Origin: Hyperthermus butylicus DSM 5456
GTDB taxonomy: Archaea > Thermoproteota > Thermoprotei_A > Sulfolobales > Pyrodictiaceae
Assembly: GCF_000015145.1 (NCBI RefSeq)
Contig: NC_008818.1
Coordinates: forward strand, 1 to 32,000
DNA: 32,000 nt
Direction of reading: 5' to 3'
Each line of letters starts with the position of its first letter. The first letter of the stretch is position 1. A model generated the notes under the pieces. That model ran no database searches. It had not been told where the DNA came from and was given only the letters and a program-made list of their open reading frames with translations. Position numbers and translations under genes: made by a program. Positions 1-7,896 of the stretch are shown here, in pieces.

Positions 1-2
1 CT

Positions 3-667
3 GCTGCAGCACGTGGAGGGTTGGCCGCGGGGGCCGCCTATACTCTTGGGATTTGGCTGCAGGCTGGGGGACAGCCTACACTACCGCGTCGAACTCGGCC
101 TTCATAACTGGGCTTAACGTTGTATTCGTCCACCTATTCCAGGCACTTGTAATGCGGCTGTACAGCGTTGAACTCGCATTCTCCCTAGTACTTGCAGTAG
201 GAGGGCTCTACATGTTGACCGGGCCCACTGGCGGCTTCAGCTTTGGTGAGTTCTTGGTACTACTGAGCGCTTTTGCATGGGCTGCACAAGTTCTTATCGT
301 TTCAAGGTTTAGCGGCAGCGACCCATTCGCATTCACCTTCTTTGAAGCATTAACAGCTACGGTCATGATTATACCCGATATGCTGGTCTACGGCAACTCT
401 CTCGATGTGCCTGCACAAGCACTACCCTACCTGGCGTATCTAGGGCTAGCGTGCACTGATGCAGCGTTTGTGCTACAAGTGTATGGGCAGCGCGGCGTCT
501 CGCCAGCTACAGCTGCAATAATATACCTTCTCGAGCCGGTTATCGCTGCAGCCATAGCTGCAGCCATGCTCGGCGAACATATGTCCACCCTACAAGCGAT
601 AGGCGCTGCCGCTATACTAGCCTCTCTAGCTGTTGCAGCGAGAGCCGAGGCCAGGAGGGAGGGATGA
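3..667 (+). CDS. EamA/DMT-family transporter, 5'-truncated by the window edge and apparently interrupted by a 1-nt frameshift at about 66-71
   Basis: Hydrophobic translation with a YTTASNSAFITGLNVVFVHLFQA-like core and C-terminal AAIIYLLEPVIAAAIAAAMLGE, typical of EamA. Frame 3 upstream encodes RGGLAAGAAYTLGIWLQAGG and joins frame 2 TAYTTASN if one G is added to the G5 run. Confidence 0.8.
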   Translation, partial: CSTWRVGRGGRLYSWDLAAGWGTAYTTASNSAFITGLNVVFVHLFQALVMRLYSVELAFSLVLAVGGLYMLTGPTGGFSFGEFLVLLSAFAWAAQVLIVSRFSGSDPFAFTFFEALTATVMIIPDMLVYGNSLDVPAQALPYLAYLGLACTDAAFVLQVYGQRGVSPATAAIIYLLEPVIAAAIAAAMLGEHMSTLQAIGAAAILASLAVAARAEARREG

Positions 668-691
668 AAGGAGGAGAGTGGATTAGGGTGT

Positions 692-775
692 GCCCCCGGC
701 TGGAGGCTAGCCCGCCCATCCAACACCGGGCTTAGCCCGGTGTCGCGGCTGCGCCGCCGCCGGGAAGCCGGGGGC
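692..775. ncRNA. Candidate structured RNA or bifunctional terminator, very GC-rich with nested stems
   Basis: GCCCCCGGCT (692-701) is perfectly complementary to AGCCGGGGGC (766-775). It encloses ACACCGGGC-TTA-GCCCGGTGT (723-743) and GCGGC-TGC-GCCGC. It lies between convergent genes. Confidence 0.35.
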
Positions 776-906
776 CGCGGTGTTTCCTTCTACTACTTAG
801 AGGAGCTGTATCTGTGTTTCCCCGGCATCACCCCAATACCACGAGACTACAAAACATCTTATATTATTTCTACAGTTTTTATGTTATTACTAGATCGAGT
901 TTCGGC

Positions 907-1857
907 CTAGACGACGTATCGCTTAAAGTATACGGTCAGTATGGTGATTAGTAGAATTGTCGCCGTGACATAGGCTAGTATGGCTGCTGCTAGTATCTCG
1001 CCCACGCTTGGCATGTATGCCTTACTGCCCATCAGCGTTAACACGAGTTTGGCGTCGAGACCTGAAACTATCGCATCGAATATTAGTCCTGGAAGCTTGA
1101 AGCTACCATGGATGGGTTCTGCATAGTCTAGCATAATTGCCGTTCTCATTGCAGCTATAACATCCTCCATGCCGTCGCGTGAGGCGCCTATTATTGGTAT
1201 GGCAGCTACAAAGCTGCCAACAATGTAGATTATTATCGCTATGAGTGCTGCTATGCTGCTCCTCCGCAGCTTTAGGCCGAGGAGTGCTGCTACGAGGGCA
1301 AGGGGAAGTGTAGAGATTGAAATGAGTAGACCGCTGACAGGTATAAGCCAGGGGTAGTCCTGTATCGTGAATAGTATGCTAAAGCTGGCGTATAGCATGC
1401 CAGCCGAGAGAGTATACATAAGCGCCATTGCCACGATGTAGGCTATGAGTTTTGTAGCTATGATTTCAACCCGCGATACCGGCCTTACAAGGATTAGACT
1501 TATCCTCCCGGATTCTATGTCGGAGGCAAAGAGGTATGCACCGTACATTGCTGCTATTATCCAAGCAAAGCTGGCAACCGTTGAGAACTGTACAGGAGTA
1601 ATGGCCATTACCGCGCCAACATAACTGCTGATATCCGTTACCGTACGCGCACCAAGAGTGCTAAGCCACACAGCCCGGAAAATAGAAGCGTTAAGCCCTA
1701 CCCCTGCAAGAATATTCCTCACGAAACCCCTCAAAAGCACCGCTACAGCTAGCGGTACAACAGTGAGTGCCAGGAGTGCTAGAAACGAGCGCCTCCGCAG
1801 AAAGCCCTCAACCTCCACGCGTACAAGGACAAGAAACTCCCTACTCAGCAGCCTCAT
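907..1857 (-). CDS. ABC-2 type transporter permease; likely start MRLLSREFLV rather than the longer ORF start at 1893
   Basis: About six hydrophobic segments. N-terminus EVEGFLRRRSFLALLALTVVPLAVAV and FASDIESGRISLILVRPVSRVEIIATK resemble ABC-2 permeases. Confidence 0.75.
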   Translation of the reverse strand: MRLLSREFLVLVRVEVEGFLRRRSFLALLALTVVPLAVAVLLRGFVRNILAGVGLNASIFRAVWLSTLGARTVTDISSYVGAVMAITPVQFSTVASFAWIIAAMYGAYLFASDIESGRISLILVRPVSRVEIIATKLIAYIVAMALMYTLSAGMLYASFSILFTIQDYPWLIPVSGLLISISTLPLALVAALLGLKLRRSSIAALIAIIIYIVGSFVAAIPIIGASRDGMEDVIAAMRTAIMLDYAEPIHGSFKLPGLIFDAIVSGLDAKLVLTLMGSKAYMPSVGEILAAAILAYVTATILLITILTVYFKRYVV

Positions 1858-2376
1858 GTCCGTCCAGCACCCACCAGCCTGGAGCCCACACAAGTGTGAC
1901 GACTCGATAATAATTCGTGATAAAAACTTCTACGCAGCATTCTGCACACAACAGCATACACTAGCTCGCCGGGAACCAGTTTTGAAGCAAGATGCACGAG
2001 AGTTGCCGCCACAGCTTGGAGTCGTTAGAGGAAGCCGTGAGTTCCGTAAGCCTCAACGAAGGATGCGGGTCGGGACGCGGCCTCATACATCACCGCATAG
2101 GCTAAATGCTGCATGCTCAGCTGTCCGGCAGAGCCTCCTCAGCCCCAGCAGACCCTACCAACTATGCCAGGGGAGGAGTATATACTGCCTACCACGGACA
2201 TCACCGCACATTCCACATCACAGCCTAGAAGGAGCTGGCATCACACACAATATCAGCCGGGATTAGAGGTAACGAAACACACCGTGAACATGTAGGCTAA
2301 CAACCACATAACAACATGTTTACACATGGCCTGTATGAACGCATTGCACCACGGATAGAAGTCTAGAGGTGGGGGG

Positions 2377-2453
<77 letters not shown>

Positions 2454-2548
2454 ACCCATCCAAATTATGTTGCATGGCTAACACCGCATCATCCTATAAG
2501 GTTTACGTACATGCCATTGAGGGGCTCTGTTGCGGGCCTTGCCGCCAT

Positions 2549-2571
2549 CCCCCGGGCTCTCACCCCGGGGT
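2549..2571. other. GC-rich hairpin in a non-coding GC island upstream of tRNA-Ala
   Basis: CCCCGGG (2550-2556) / CCCGGGG (2564-2570) with a 7-nt loop. Confidence 0.4.
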
Positions 2572-2647
2572 TGCCGGTGCCACGGTGTCAACCCGGGTTC
2601 TCTCTTCATCGCCCACCGCTTGCTACGTGTATACGACCAGACAGAGA

Positions 2648-2660
2648 CCTATATTAATCC
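2648..2660 (+). promoter_or_regulatory. Candidate archaeal TATA box upstream of the structured leader and tRNA-His
   Basis: CCTATATTAATCC is the only strong AT-rich TATA-like element upstream of tRNA-His, about 125 nt from the mature 5' end. Confidence 0.45.
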
Positions 2661-2689
2661 GAAACCGTGAAGGTAGACTCTCCTAACAT

Positions 2690-2778
2690 GGCACTGGGCC
2701 GCCTCCAAAGAGCCCCACACGCGTGGGGCGATGAGCTGCAGCGGCCTCGCGGCAGAGCCACAGGCTGTGACCAGTGGG
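2690..2778 (+). ncRNA. Candidate structured RNA/leader immediately upstream of tRNA-His
   Basis: CACTG/CAGTG (2692-2696/2772-2776) encloses GGCCGC/GCGGCC (2697-2702/2741-2746) and hairpin GCCCCAC-acgc-GTGGGGC (2712-2729). GC-rich, with no credible coding potential. Confidence 0.35.
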
Positions 2779-2779
2779 A

Positions 2780-2856
2780 GGCCGCCGTAGCTCAGCCGGG
2801 AGAGCGCGGGGCTGTGGACCCCGAGGTCCCGGGTTCAAATCCCGGCGGCGGCCCCA
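2780..2856 (+). tRNA. tRNA-His (anticodon GTG) with genome-encoded G-1 and CCA
   Basis: GGCCGCCGTAGCTCAGCCGGGAGAGCGCGGGGCTGTGGACCCCGAGGTCCCGGGTTCAAATCCCGGCGGCGGCCCCA. Anticodon loop CTGTGGA; G-1 opposite C73. Confidence 0.96.
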
Positions 2857-2941
2857 CTCCATCCTCGTGAAAAACATTCCCCGTACACTTTCACACCATA
2901 GCCTAATTACCAACATATTGTTCCTCCCAAACTACACGAGG

Positions 2942-3276
2942 AGGGCGGGCCCCGGCTGGCCGCTGACGGGCCGTTCAGGCCCGAGGAAACTCCGCCCTCC
3001 CCGCGGCACCGGGGCCCCGAGAGGGGGCGCGGGTAACACCCGCGGCAACGGCACAGAAACGGCACGCCCACCCGCGGGAGGACGATGAGGCGGCGAGGGC
3101 TCCCCGGCGACGGGGAGCCAGTAACCCGCTGAGGACCCGGGTGGGTGCGTTGAAACGGCCGTCCCCCGGGGAGCAAGGCGGCGCGCCGATGAGGGCCGCG
3201 CGATTGGCGCGCCGGCGTCCGCTTAGTCGGATGCGGCCGTAGGTACAGAAGGCGGGTTATAGCCGGGGCCCGCCGC
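2942..3276 (+). ncRNA. rnpB: RNase P RNA (archaeal)
   Basis: Conserved GAGGAAACTCCGCC block near the 5' end and TACAGAAGGCGGGTTATAG block near the 3' end. Long P1: GGCGGGCCCCGGCT (2944-2957) is perfectly complementary to AGCCGGGGCCCGCC (3261-3274). Internal ACAGAAAC is present. Confidence 0.93.
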
Positions 3277-3348
3277 TTCTCGCCTCCGACGGAGCTGCAT
3301 GGGTATATTAGTCCTTGGATTCTGGTAGTGTCGCGTGGTGGCGGCGGT

Positions 3349-3732
3349 ATGGGTAGGCGGAGGCGTAAGTATAAAAAGCGGCCTTTGCTGAGAGCGCCCC
3401 GCGTCCTGCCAACGGTGTTTGAGTGTCCACACTGCGGCGCCAAGGCTATGACCGTTGAGATCAAGAAGAAGGAACGCAACGAGCAGGGCTACGTGAAGGC
3501 GATTATACGCTGTGGAAACTGCAGCCTCTACGCCGAGATGTGGGCACCAGAACTCTTCCAGCCCGTCGACGTGTACTCGAAGTTCCTTGACGCATACCTG
3601 GAGGGCAGGATAGAGTATAAGTTTATCAAGGCCGAGGGCGAGAAGACCATCAGCCTAGAGGAGCTGACATCTGAGGAGGGTGAAGTTGTTGAAACTTGGG
3701 AAGGTGGAGAGACTACTGAGGAGCAGGGTTGA
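3349..3732 (+). CDS. Elf1-like transcription elongation factor, zinc ribbon
   Basis: MGRRRRKYKKRP basic N-terminus, FECPHCGAKAMTVEI...IIRCGNCSLYAE zinc ribbon as in Elf1/Spt4-like factors. Confidence 0.85.
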   Translation: MGRRRRKYKKRPLLRAPRVLPTVFECPHCGAKAMTVEIKKKERNEQGYVKAIIRCGNCSLYAEMWAPELFQPVDVYSKFLDAYLEGRIEYKFIKAEGEKTISLEELTSEEGEVVETWEGGETTEEQG

Positions 3733-4414
3733 ATCAGGAGAGAAGCTCTTCTTACTACTCTCCGACCCCGAAAAACCAATATCGCCCAACACTGTCAAGC
3801 TCTTCGAAGAGAATGGCGCCGACGTACTACTAATTGGTGGTAGCCTAAACGTTACCCCCTACGATATAGATGAGTACATAGCTAGGCTTAGGGTTGAGGG
3901 TGTGAAGCTCCCCATAGTTCTGTTCCCGGGCGGTCTCAACAACATCGCCAAGTCTGCCGACGCAATACTCTTCATGACTTTGATGAACAGCATGGATCCC
4001 TACTGGATTGTTGGCGCACAGGTAGCTGCAGCCCCAATCGTGTATAGGCTGGGCCTCGAGGCTATACCATCAGCATACATCATTGTAGGGCACGGTGGTG
4101 CAGCTGGACATATAGGCCGCGCACTACCAATTCCATACGAGAATGGCTATATAGCAGCAGCCTACGCCCTAGCTGCCGAGTACCTCGGAGCACGCCTAGT
4201 ATACTTTGAGGCAGGCTCAGGTGCCCCAAAACCCGTACCTGTTGACGCTGTAGCTGCTGCCAGCAAGGTTCTATCGCAAGCTTTGCTAGTAGTTGGTGGT
4301 GGTATACGGGAAGAGACCCTGGCCGCTGAGAGGCTTAAGGCGGGAGCGGACGGCGTCGTAATTGGAACACTTGCAGAAAAGGATCCCGAGAAAGCACTGA
4401 GATCCTCTCGGTAG
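3680..4414 (+). CDS. Geranylgeranylglyceryl phosphate synthase
   Basis: LLSDPEK, VLLIGGSLNVT, LPIVLFPGG, GHGGAAGHIGRALPIPYENGY, FEAGSGAPKPVP, VVGGGIR match the GGGPS/PcrB TIM-barrel family. Overlaps the Elf1 gene out of frame. Confidence 0.93.
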   Translation: MKLLKLGKVERLLRSRVESGEKLFLLLSDPEKPISPNTVKLFEENGADVLLIGGSLNVTPYDIDEYIARLRVEGVKLPIVLFPGGLNNIAKSADAILFMTLMNSMDPYWIVGAQVAAAPIVYRLGLEAIPSAYIIVGHGGAAGHIGRALPIPYENGYIAAAYALAAEYLGARLVYFEAGSGAPKPVPVDAVAAASKVLSQALLVVGGGIREETLAAERLKAGADGVVIGTLAEKDPEKALRSSR

Positions 4415-4717
4415 TTAAGAAGCGCTAGACTCCTCCCCGCCTGTGCCTGTACAGCTGACACTCCCTAGCTCAGCACCATACTTCTTCTTGAATGCTTCCT
4501 CAGCGTCAACTCCCACGAGGTTTGCTATACTGAGAGCCCAAGCTATAACATCACCTATCTCCTCAGCAATGAGGTTCTTGTCACCCTTTAGCAGGGCTTC
4601 AGCCAGCTCTCCAACCTCCTCCACAAACCATGTGAACGTCGCATATAGCCCTCGAGCATTGTCACGCTCGTAGAAAGCCTTCCTCATAGCCTCTTGTGCA
4701 CATCTCAGGCTAACCAT
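4415..4717 (-). CDS. MazG-like nucleotide pyrophosphohydrolase (ORF track start 4798 probably too long)
   Basis: FTWFVEEVGELAEALL...LIAEEIGDVIAWALSIANLVGVD, the EExxE...ExxD MazG signature. Confidence 0.85.
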   Translation of the reverse strand: MVSLRCAQEAMRKAFYERDNARGLYATFTWFVEEVGELAEALLKGDKNLIAEEIGDVIAWALSIANLVGVDAEEAFKKKYGAELGSVSCTGTGGEESSAS

Positions 4718-4815
4718 AATCACGACACCTCTTGACACTGAGCACCCTGCTACGCTTACAGAGCGCCTTCTACCATCAGAGAAACTCATCAGACTCACAG
4801 GGCTGTAAGAGAAGG

Positions 4816-5010
4816 CTAGACTATGTTGAACACTATGACACTTGCTATGAAGCCTAGCGTTATGAGCATTATGTGGAGCGGCTTAAGCCTTACGACAGCA
4901 TCCTCCTCACTAAACGCCAAGAGGCCAGCAGCACTAAACACAGCCGGCGACGTATCCTTGGTCTTCTCCTTCTCGTTGTCGCTACGGCTACGCCTCCTAG
5001 CCCTAGCCAC
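4816..5010 (-). CDS. Preprotein translocase subunit Sec61beta
   Basis: 64 aa, basic/Ser-rich N-terminus, AGLLAFSEED..VRLKPLHIMLITLGFIASVIVFNIV single transmembrane segment. Confidence 0.88.
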   Translation of the reverse strand: MARARRRSRSDNEKEKTKDTSPAVFSAAGLLAFSEEDAVVRLKPLHIMLITLGFIASVIVFNIV

Positions 5011-5539
5011 TGCTCCCCCCAGACTAGGCTAGTTCTTAGCTAGCCCCTCCTTAAAACTGGCGGGAGACTACTAGCCCCACTCTGGGCCCACTCCACAGGA
5101 AAGCTAGGGGTCGTATGACGAACTGTTTCACAATAAGAACGAAATATTCAGCACTAGCATGCACCAATGGTTGACTCTGGCACCCCTCAACTTCTAGTGC
5201 AGACAATACAGCATACAAGGATGAACTGGTAACTGCATAGCAATTGCAACGCTACTCTAGTTTATACAAACAGGCAAGTTTAAATAAGGGCCTATAAAGG
5301 ATATGCGATGTAAATCCATTGTCCAATAATCTGATTCACAACTTGAATGCAAACTGCAATATGTATGTGAGTTCACAATTGTAACTCAGAGCTTCTGTCT
5401 ACAGGCAATTGGGGGGTGCCAGGGTGTTTCCATGTGCTACAGCTGGCAGTGATCTTAGAGTCATTGCTGCCGTGATGGGTTTCAGTGTCTTGTGGCCCTA
5501 TGGTGGGCTGGAGTGGAAGCTGAGGGGTTGTTTACCCTA

Positions 5540-6829
5540 TTATAAACTAATGGTGTCGGAATGGATGGGGGTTGAGGGTGGCTCTAGGCTCTTTGATGGG
5601 TGTAGAGGTCTCTCTGGCGGCTTCATAAGGTGGTGGAATGCTGCACGTGGAGGATAGAGTATGACGTTACGTCCCGATGGTATTGTTGCTGTGCAGCCTC
5701 CAGCACGTAGCGATGCTGGCTCGAGTATTCGTAGATACTCAGCGTTGAGGGTTAGTTTGTCAGTGTGTGGCTTAACCTGACCCCCAACCTCGACTAGTGT
5801 GCCGCGGGGCAGTTTGAGGACATGGTTTCGCAGCCTCCCCGTTTCCCTGTAGAATGCAGTATCTATGCATGTGTTGTTGCATAGCCGGACTATCACGTGG
5901 CCTCCAGGTATAGGCTTTGTGTCCTCTATCACGCCACAGACTATGGCGTTGTCGTAGGGTCTTACACGTTCTATCTCCTTTCTCTGGAGGTGTGCATTGG
6001 TAGCTTGATTAGTCCTGAATATTGTCCAATGGCTAGGTTCCTCCTCCACATCGATGATCTTCAGTGCTTTTAACAATATGTGTGGCTCCTCACCCCGCAC
6101 GCCATAGAGAACAGGGTCGAAGCCGTGTGGCGCTATTAGCGGTTTGGACTGTTCATAGTCGTAGTTTAGGAATGTTAGGGGCCGAGTTTTCAAGTCGAAC
6201 TCTATAATGCTGTCCTCGTCTATTCTGCGAGGTTCGGACCACATTCTGGGCTTTCTGTAGACTATGAGTTCGAATGTGTGGTCAGTTATTAGATCGGCTC
6301 CAAGGGCGGCTAGTGCCCCTACTAGGCCCCGATGTGTAGAGCCGTGTAGGGCTATGAGCTTGGTCTTTCCATCTTCCCTAATACTCTCCAAGCAGTTCAT
6401 AGCGGTCTTCAGAGGTACGAGTTCGTGTACGGCCCTGCGGTATAGTTCCACGAGGCAGTGTGGCCTAGCAGTAATGTAGTCTTGGAGGTTATCGGCATGG
6501 TAAAGTAGTATCGCGACAAAGCTCTCCTTACCTGTAGACCCATAGGCCTTGGCGAGCCTTGAAGTTACTTCTTCAGCTACTCTGCGAGCCTCGTCCTCAC
6601 GGTCAACAGATACTAGGAGTGCGGTGGCACCATTGCCCCTGGTCTTCCATGGTACAGCCGGGTTTAAGCGGACAAGCCATGGGTAGTCAGCGAGTCTATA
6701 GCCATGAATCGACAGGGTGTATGCAAGTATTGAGGTGAAATGGGTTGTACAACCAGCTAGGGGGGTATCAAAGCTATCAATACCTATTGCGAGGAGCATC
6801 GGCTCTAGCCCATCCTCCTGAATGCTCAA
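5540..6829 (-). CDS. tiaS: tRNA(Ile2) 2-agmatinylcytidine synthetase TiaS, apparently without a C-terminal zinc ribbon
   Basis: N-terminal LLAIGIDSFDTPLAGCTTHFTSIL, central HGFDPVLYGVRGE, OB-fold FRTNQATNAHL. Confidence 0.85.
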   Translation of the reverse strand: MSIQEDGLEPMLLAIGIDSFDTPLAGCTTHFTSILAYTLSIHGYRLADYPWLVRLNPAVPWKTRGNGATALLVSVDREDEARRVAEEVTSRLAKAYGSTGKESFVAILLYHADNLQDYITARPHCLVELYRRAVHELVPLKTAMNCLESIREDGKTKLIALHGSTHRGLVGALAALGADLITDHTFELIVYRKPRMWSEPRRIDEDSIIEFDLKTRPLTFLNYDYEQSKPLIAPHGFDPVLYGVRGEEPHILLKALKIIDVEEEPSHWTIFRTNQATNAHLQRKEIERVRPYDNAIVCGVIEDTKPIPGGHVIVRLCNNTCIDTAFYRETGRLRNHVLKLPRGTLVEVGGQVKPHTDKLTLNAEYLRILEPASLRAGGCTATIPSGRNVILYPPRAAFHHLMKPPERPLHPSKSLEPPSTPIHSDTISL

Positions 6830-6898
6830 TCTGTGTACTGCGGAGGGCCTGGATAAAAGGGGGTGAGGCTTTGGGCGAATCTCCTTGCTGCATAGTGG

Positions 6899-7156
6899 CT
6901 ATTTCTTTTCGCTCTCGTTTACAACTATCATTGTAAGTGTTGAGCGTACATAAGGTGATGATCTTACGTGTTTGTATACTATCTCTCTAAGCTGGTCCAT
7001 ATCGTCAGTCTCTATCACCGCTACAATATCGTATAGGCCGTAGACCATGTATACAGCCTTAACCTGGGGCAACTCCTTTAGCTTCTCGAAAACCTTCTCG
7101 TCGGTTCCCATCTCGGTGTTTATAAGTAGTACAGCCTTGACCATGAAACTGTACAC
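6899..7156 (-). CDS. Lrp/AsnC ligand-binding (RAM) domain stand-alone protein
   Basis: VKAVLLINTEMGTDEKVFEKLKELPQVKAVYMVYGLYDIVAVIET, typical RAM-domain pattern without HTH. Confidence 0.85.
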   Translation of the reverse strand: MYSFMVKAVLLINTEMGTDEKVFEKLKELPQVKAVYMVYGLYDIVAVIETDDMDQLREIVYKHVRSSPYVRSTLTMIVVNESEKK

Positions 7157-7281
7157 CTCGGCTATGCAGTATGGTAGGGGTGGTCCTACCAGATTTAGGT
7201 TAGATAGATTCGGGCCAAATTTATCCTCCTACGGGTAGGCGTGACTGACAGTATCGTGCGCTGGAGGGGCTGTGAAGGGTA

Positions 7282-7875
7282 TTGCGTAGCGGTGTGAGGC
7301 TATACGCTGTATACCTTAGACAAGACAACCCGAAGTACAATACGGTTGCAAAGCTGGTACGGCATGGCGTTGTCTCGGAGGTGCGTGCGCCGCCCAGAGG
7401 TGTTGTTGTGCTTGACCCCTTCTCTCCAACACCAATATCGGTATCGGATAGAGGGCTGATCGAGAAGAGCGGGCTTTGCGTGATAGATGGCTCGTGGCGC
7501 CGCGTCAGCAGCTATCTCCGGAGGCTACGCCGCGTTGTTGGTAGAAGGCTTCCCCTGCTCCTAGCAGCTAATCCAGTAAACTATGGTAGGCCCTTCCTCC
7601 TCAGTAGTGCTGAGGCGCTCGCAGCAGCACTATATATCGCAGGATTTAGAAGCATAGCTGAGCAGCTACTATCATTCTTCAAATGGGGCCCAGAATTCCT
7701 AAGGCTTAACAAACAGTTGCTCGAGAGATATGAAGGCAAGACATCCACGGAGATAGTTGGTGAGGAGTGCCGCCTCATAAGCAGTATGACGGGCTTAGAG
7801 ATTGGAGACTGTGATGCTGCTAGACTTGTTGAGATCTATGGCAGAATAGTTGAGGACTACATAGGGGAGAGGTAG
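7282..7875 (+). CDS. tsr3: 16S/18S rRNA aminocarboxypropyltransferase Tsr3 family (DUF367)
   Basis: VVLDPFSPTPISVSDR, VIDGSWRR, RLPLLLAANPVNYGRPFLLSSAEALAAALYIAG. Confidence 0.92.
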   Translation: MRSGVRLYAVYLRQDNPKYNTVAKLVRHGVVSEVRAPPRGVVVLDPFSPTPISVSDRGLIEKSGLCVIDGSWRRVSSYLRRLRRVVGRRLPLLLAANPVNYGRPFLLSSAEALAAALYIAGFRSIAEQLLSFFKWGPEFLRLNKQLLERYEGKTSTEIVGEECRLISSMTGLEIGDCDAARLVEIYGRIVEDYIGER

Positions 7876-7896
7876 GGATAGTACAGGATAATTGGT

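Noticed and set aside
1658-2266. 202-aa plus-strand ORF
   Set aside because: Antisense to the ABC permease N-terminal region, low-complexity Ser/Thr/Arg composition, no recognisable domain.
2774-3479. ORFs 2774..3088, 2907..3479 and 3223..3432
   Set aside because: Overlie the RNase P RNA gene; Pro/Arg/Gly-rich translations are artefacts of GC-rich RNA.
4443-5032. Plus-strand ORFs antisense to the MazG-like and Sec61beta genes
   Set aside because: Opposite strand holds clear family matches; the plus frames are shadows.
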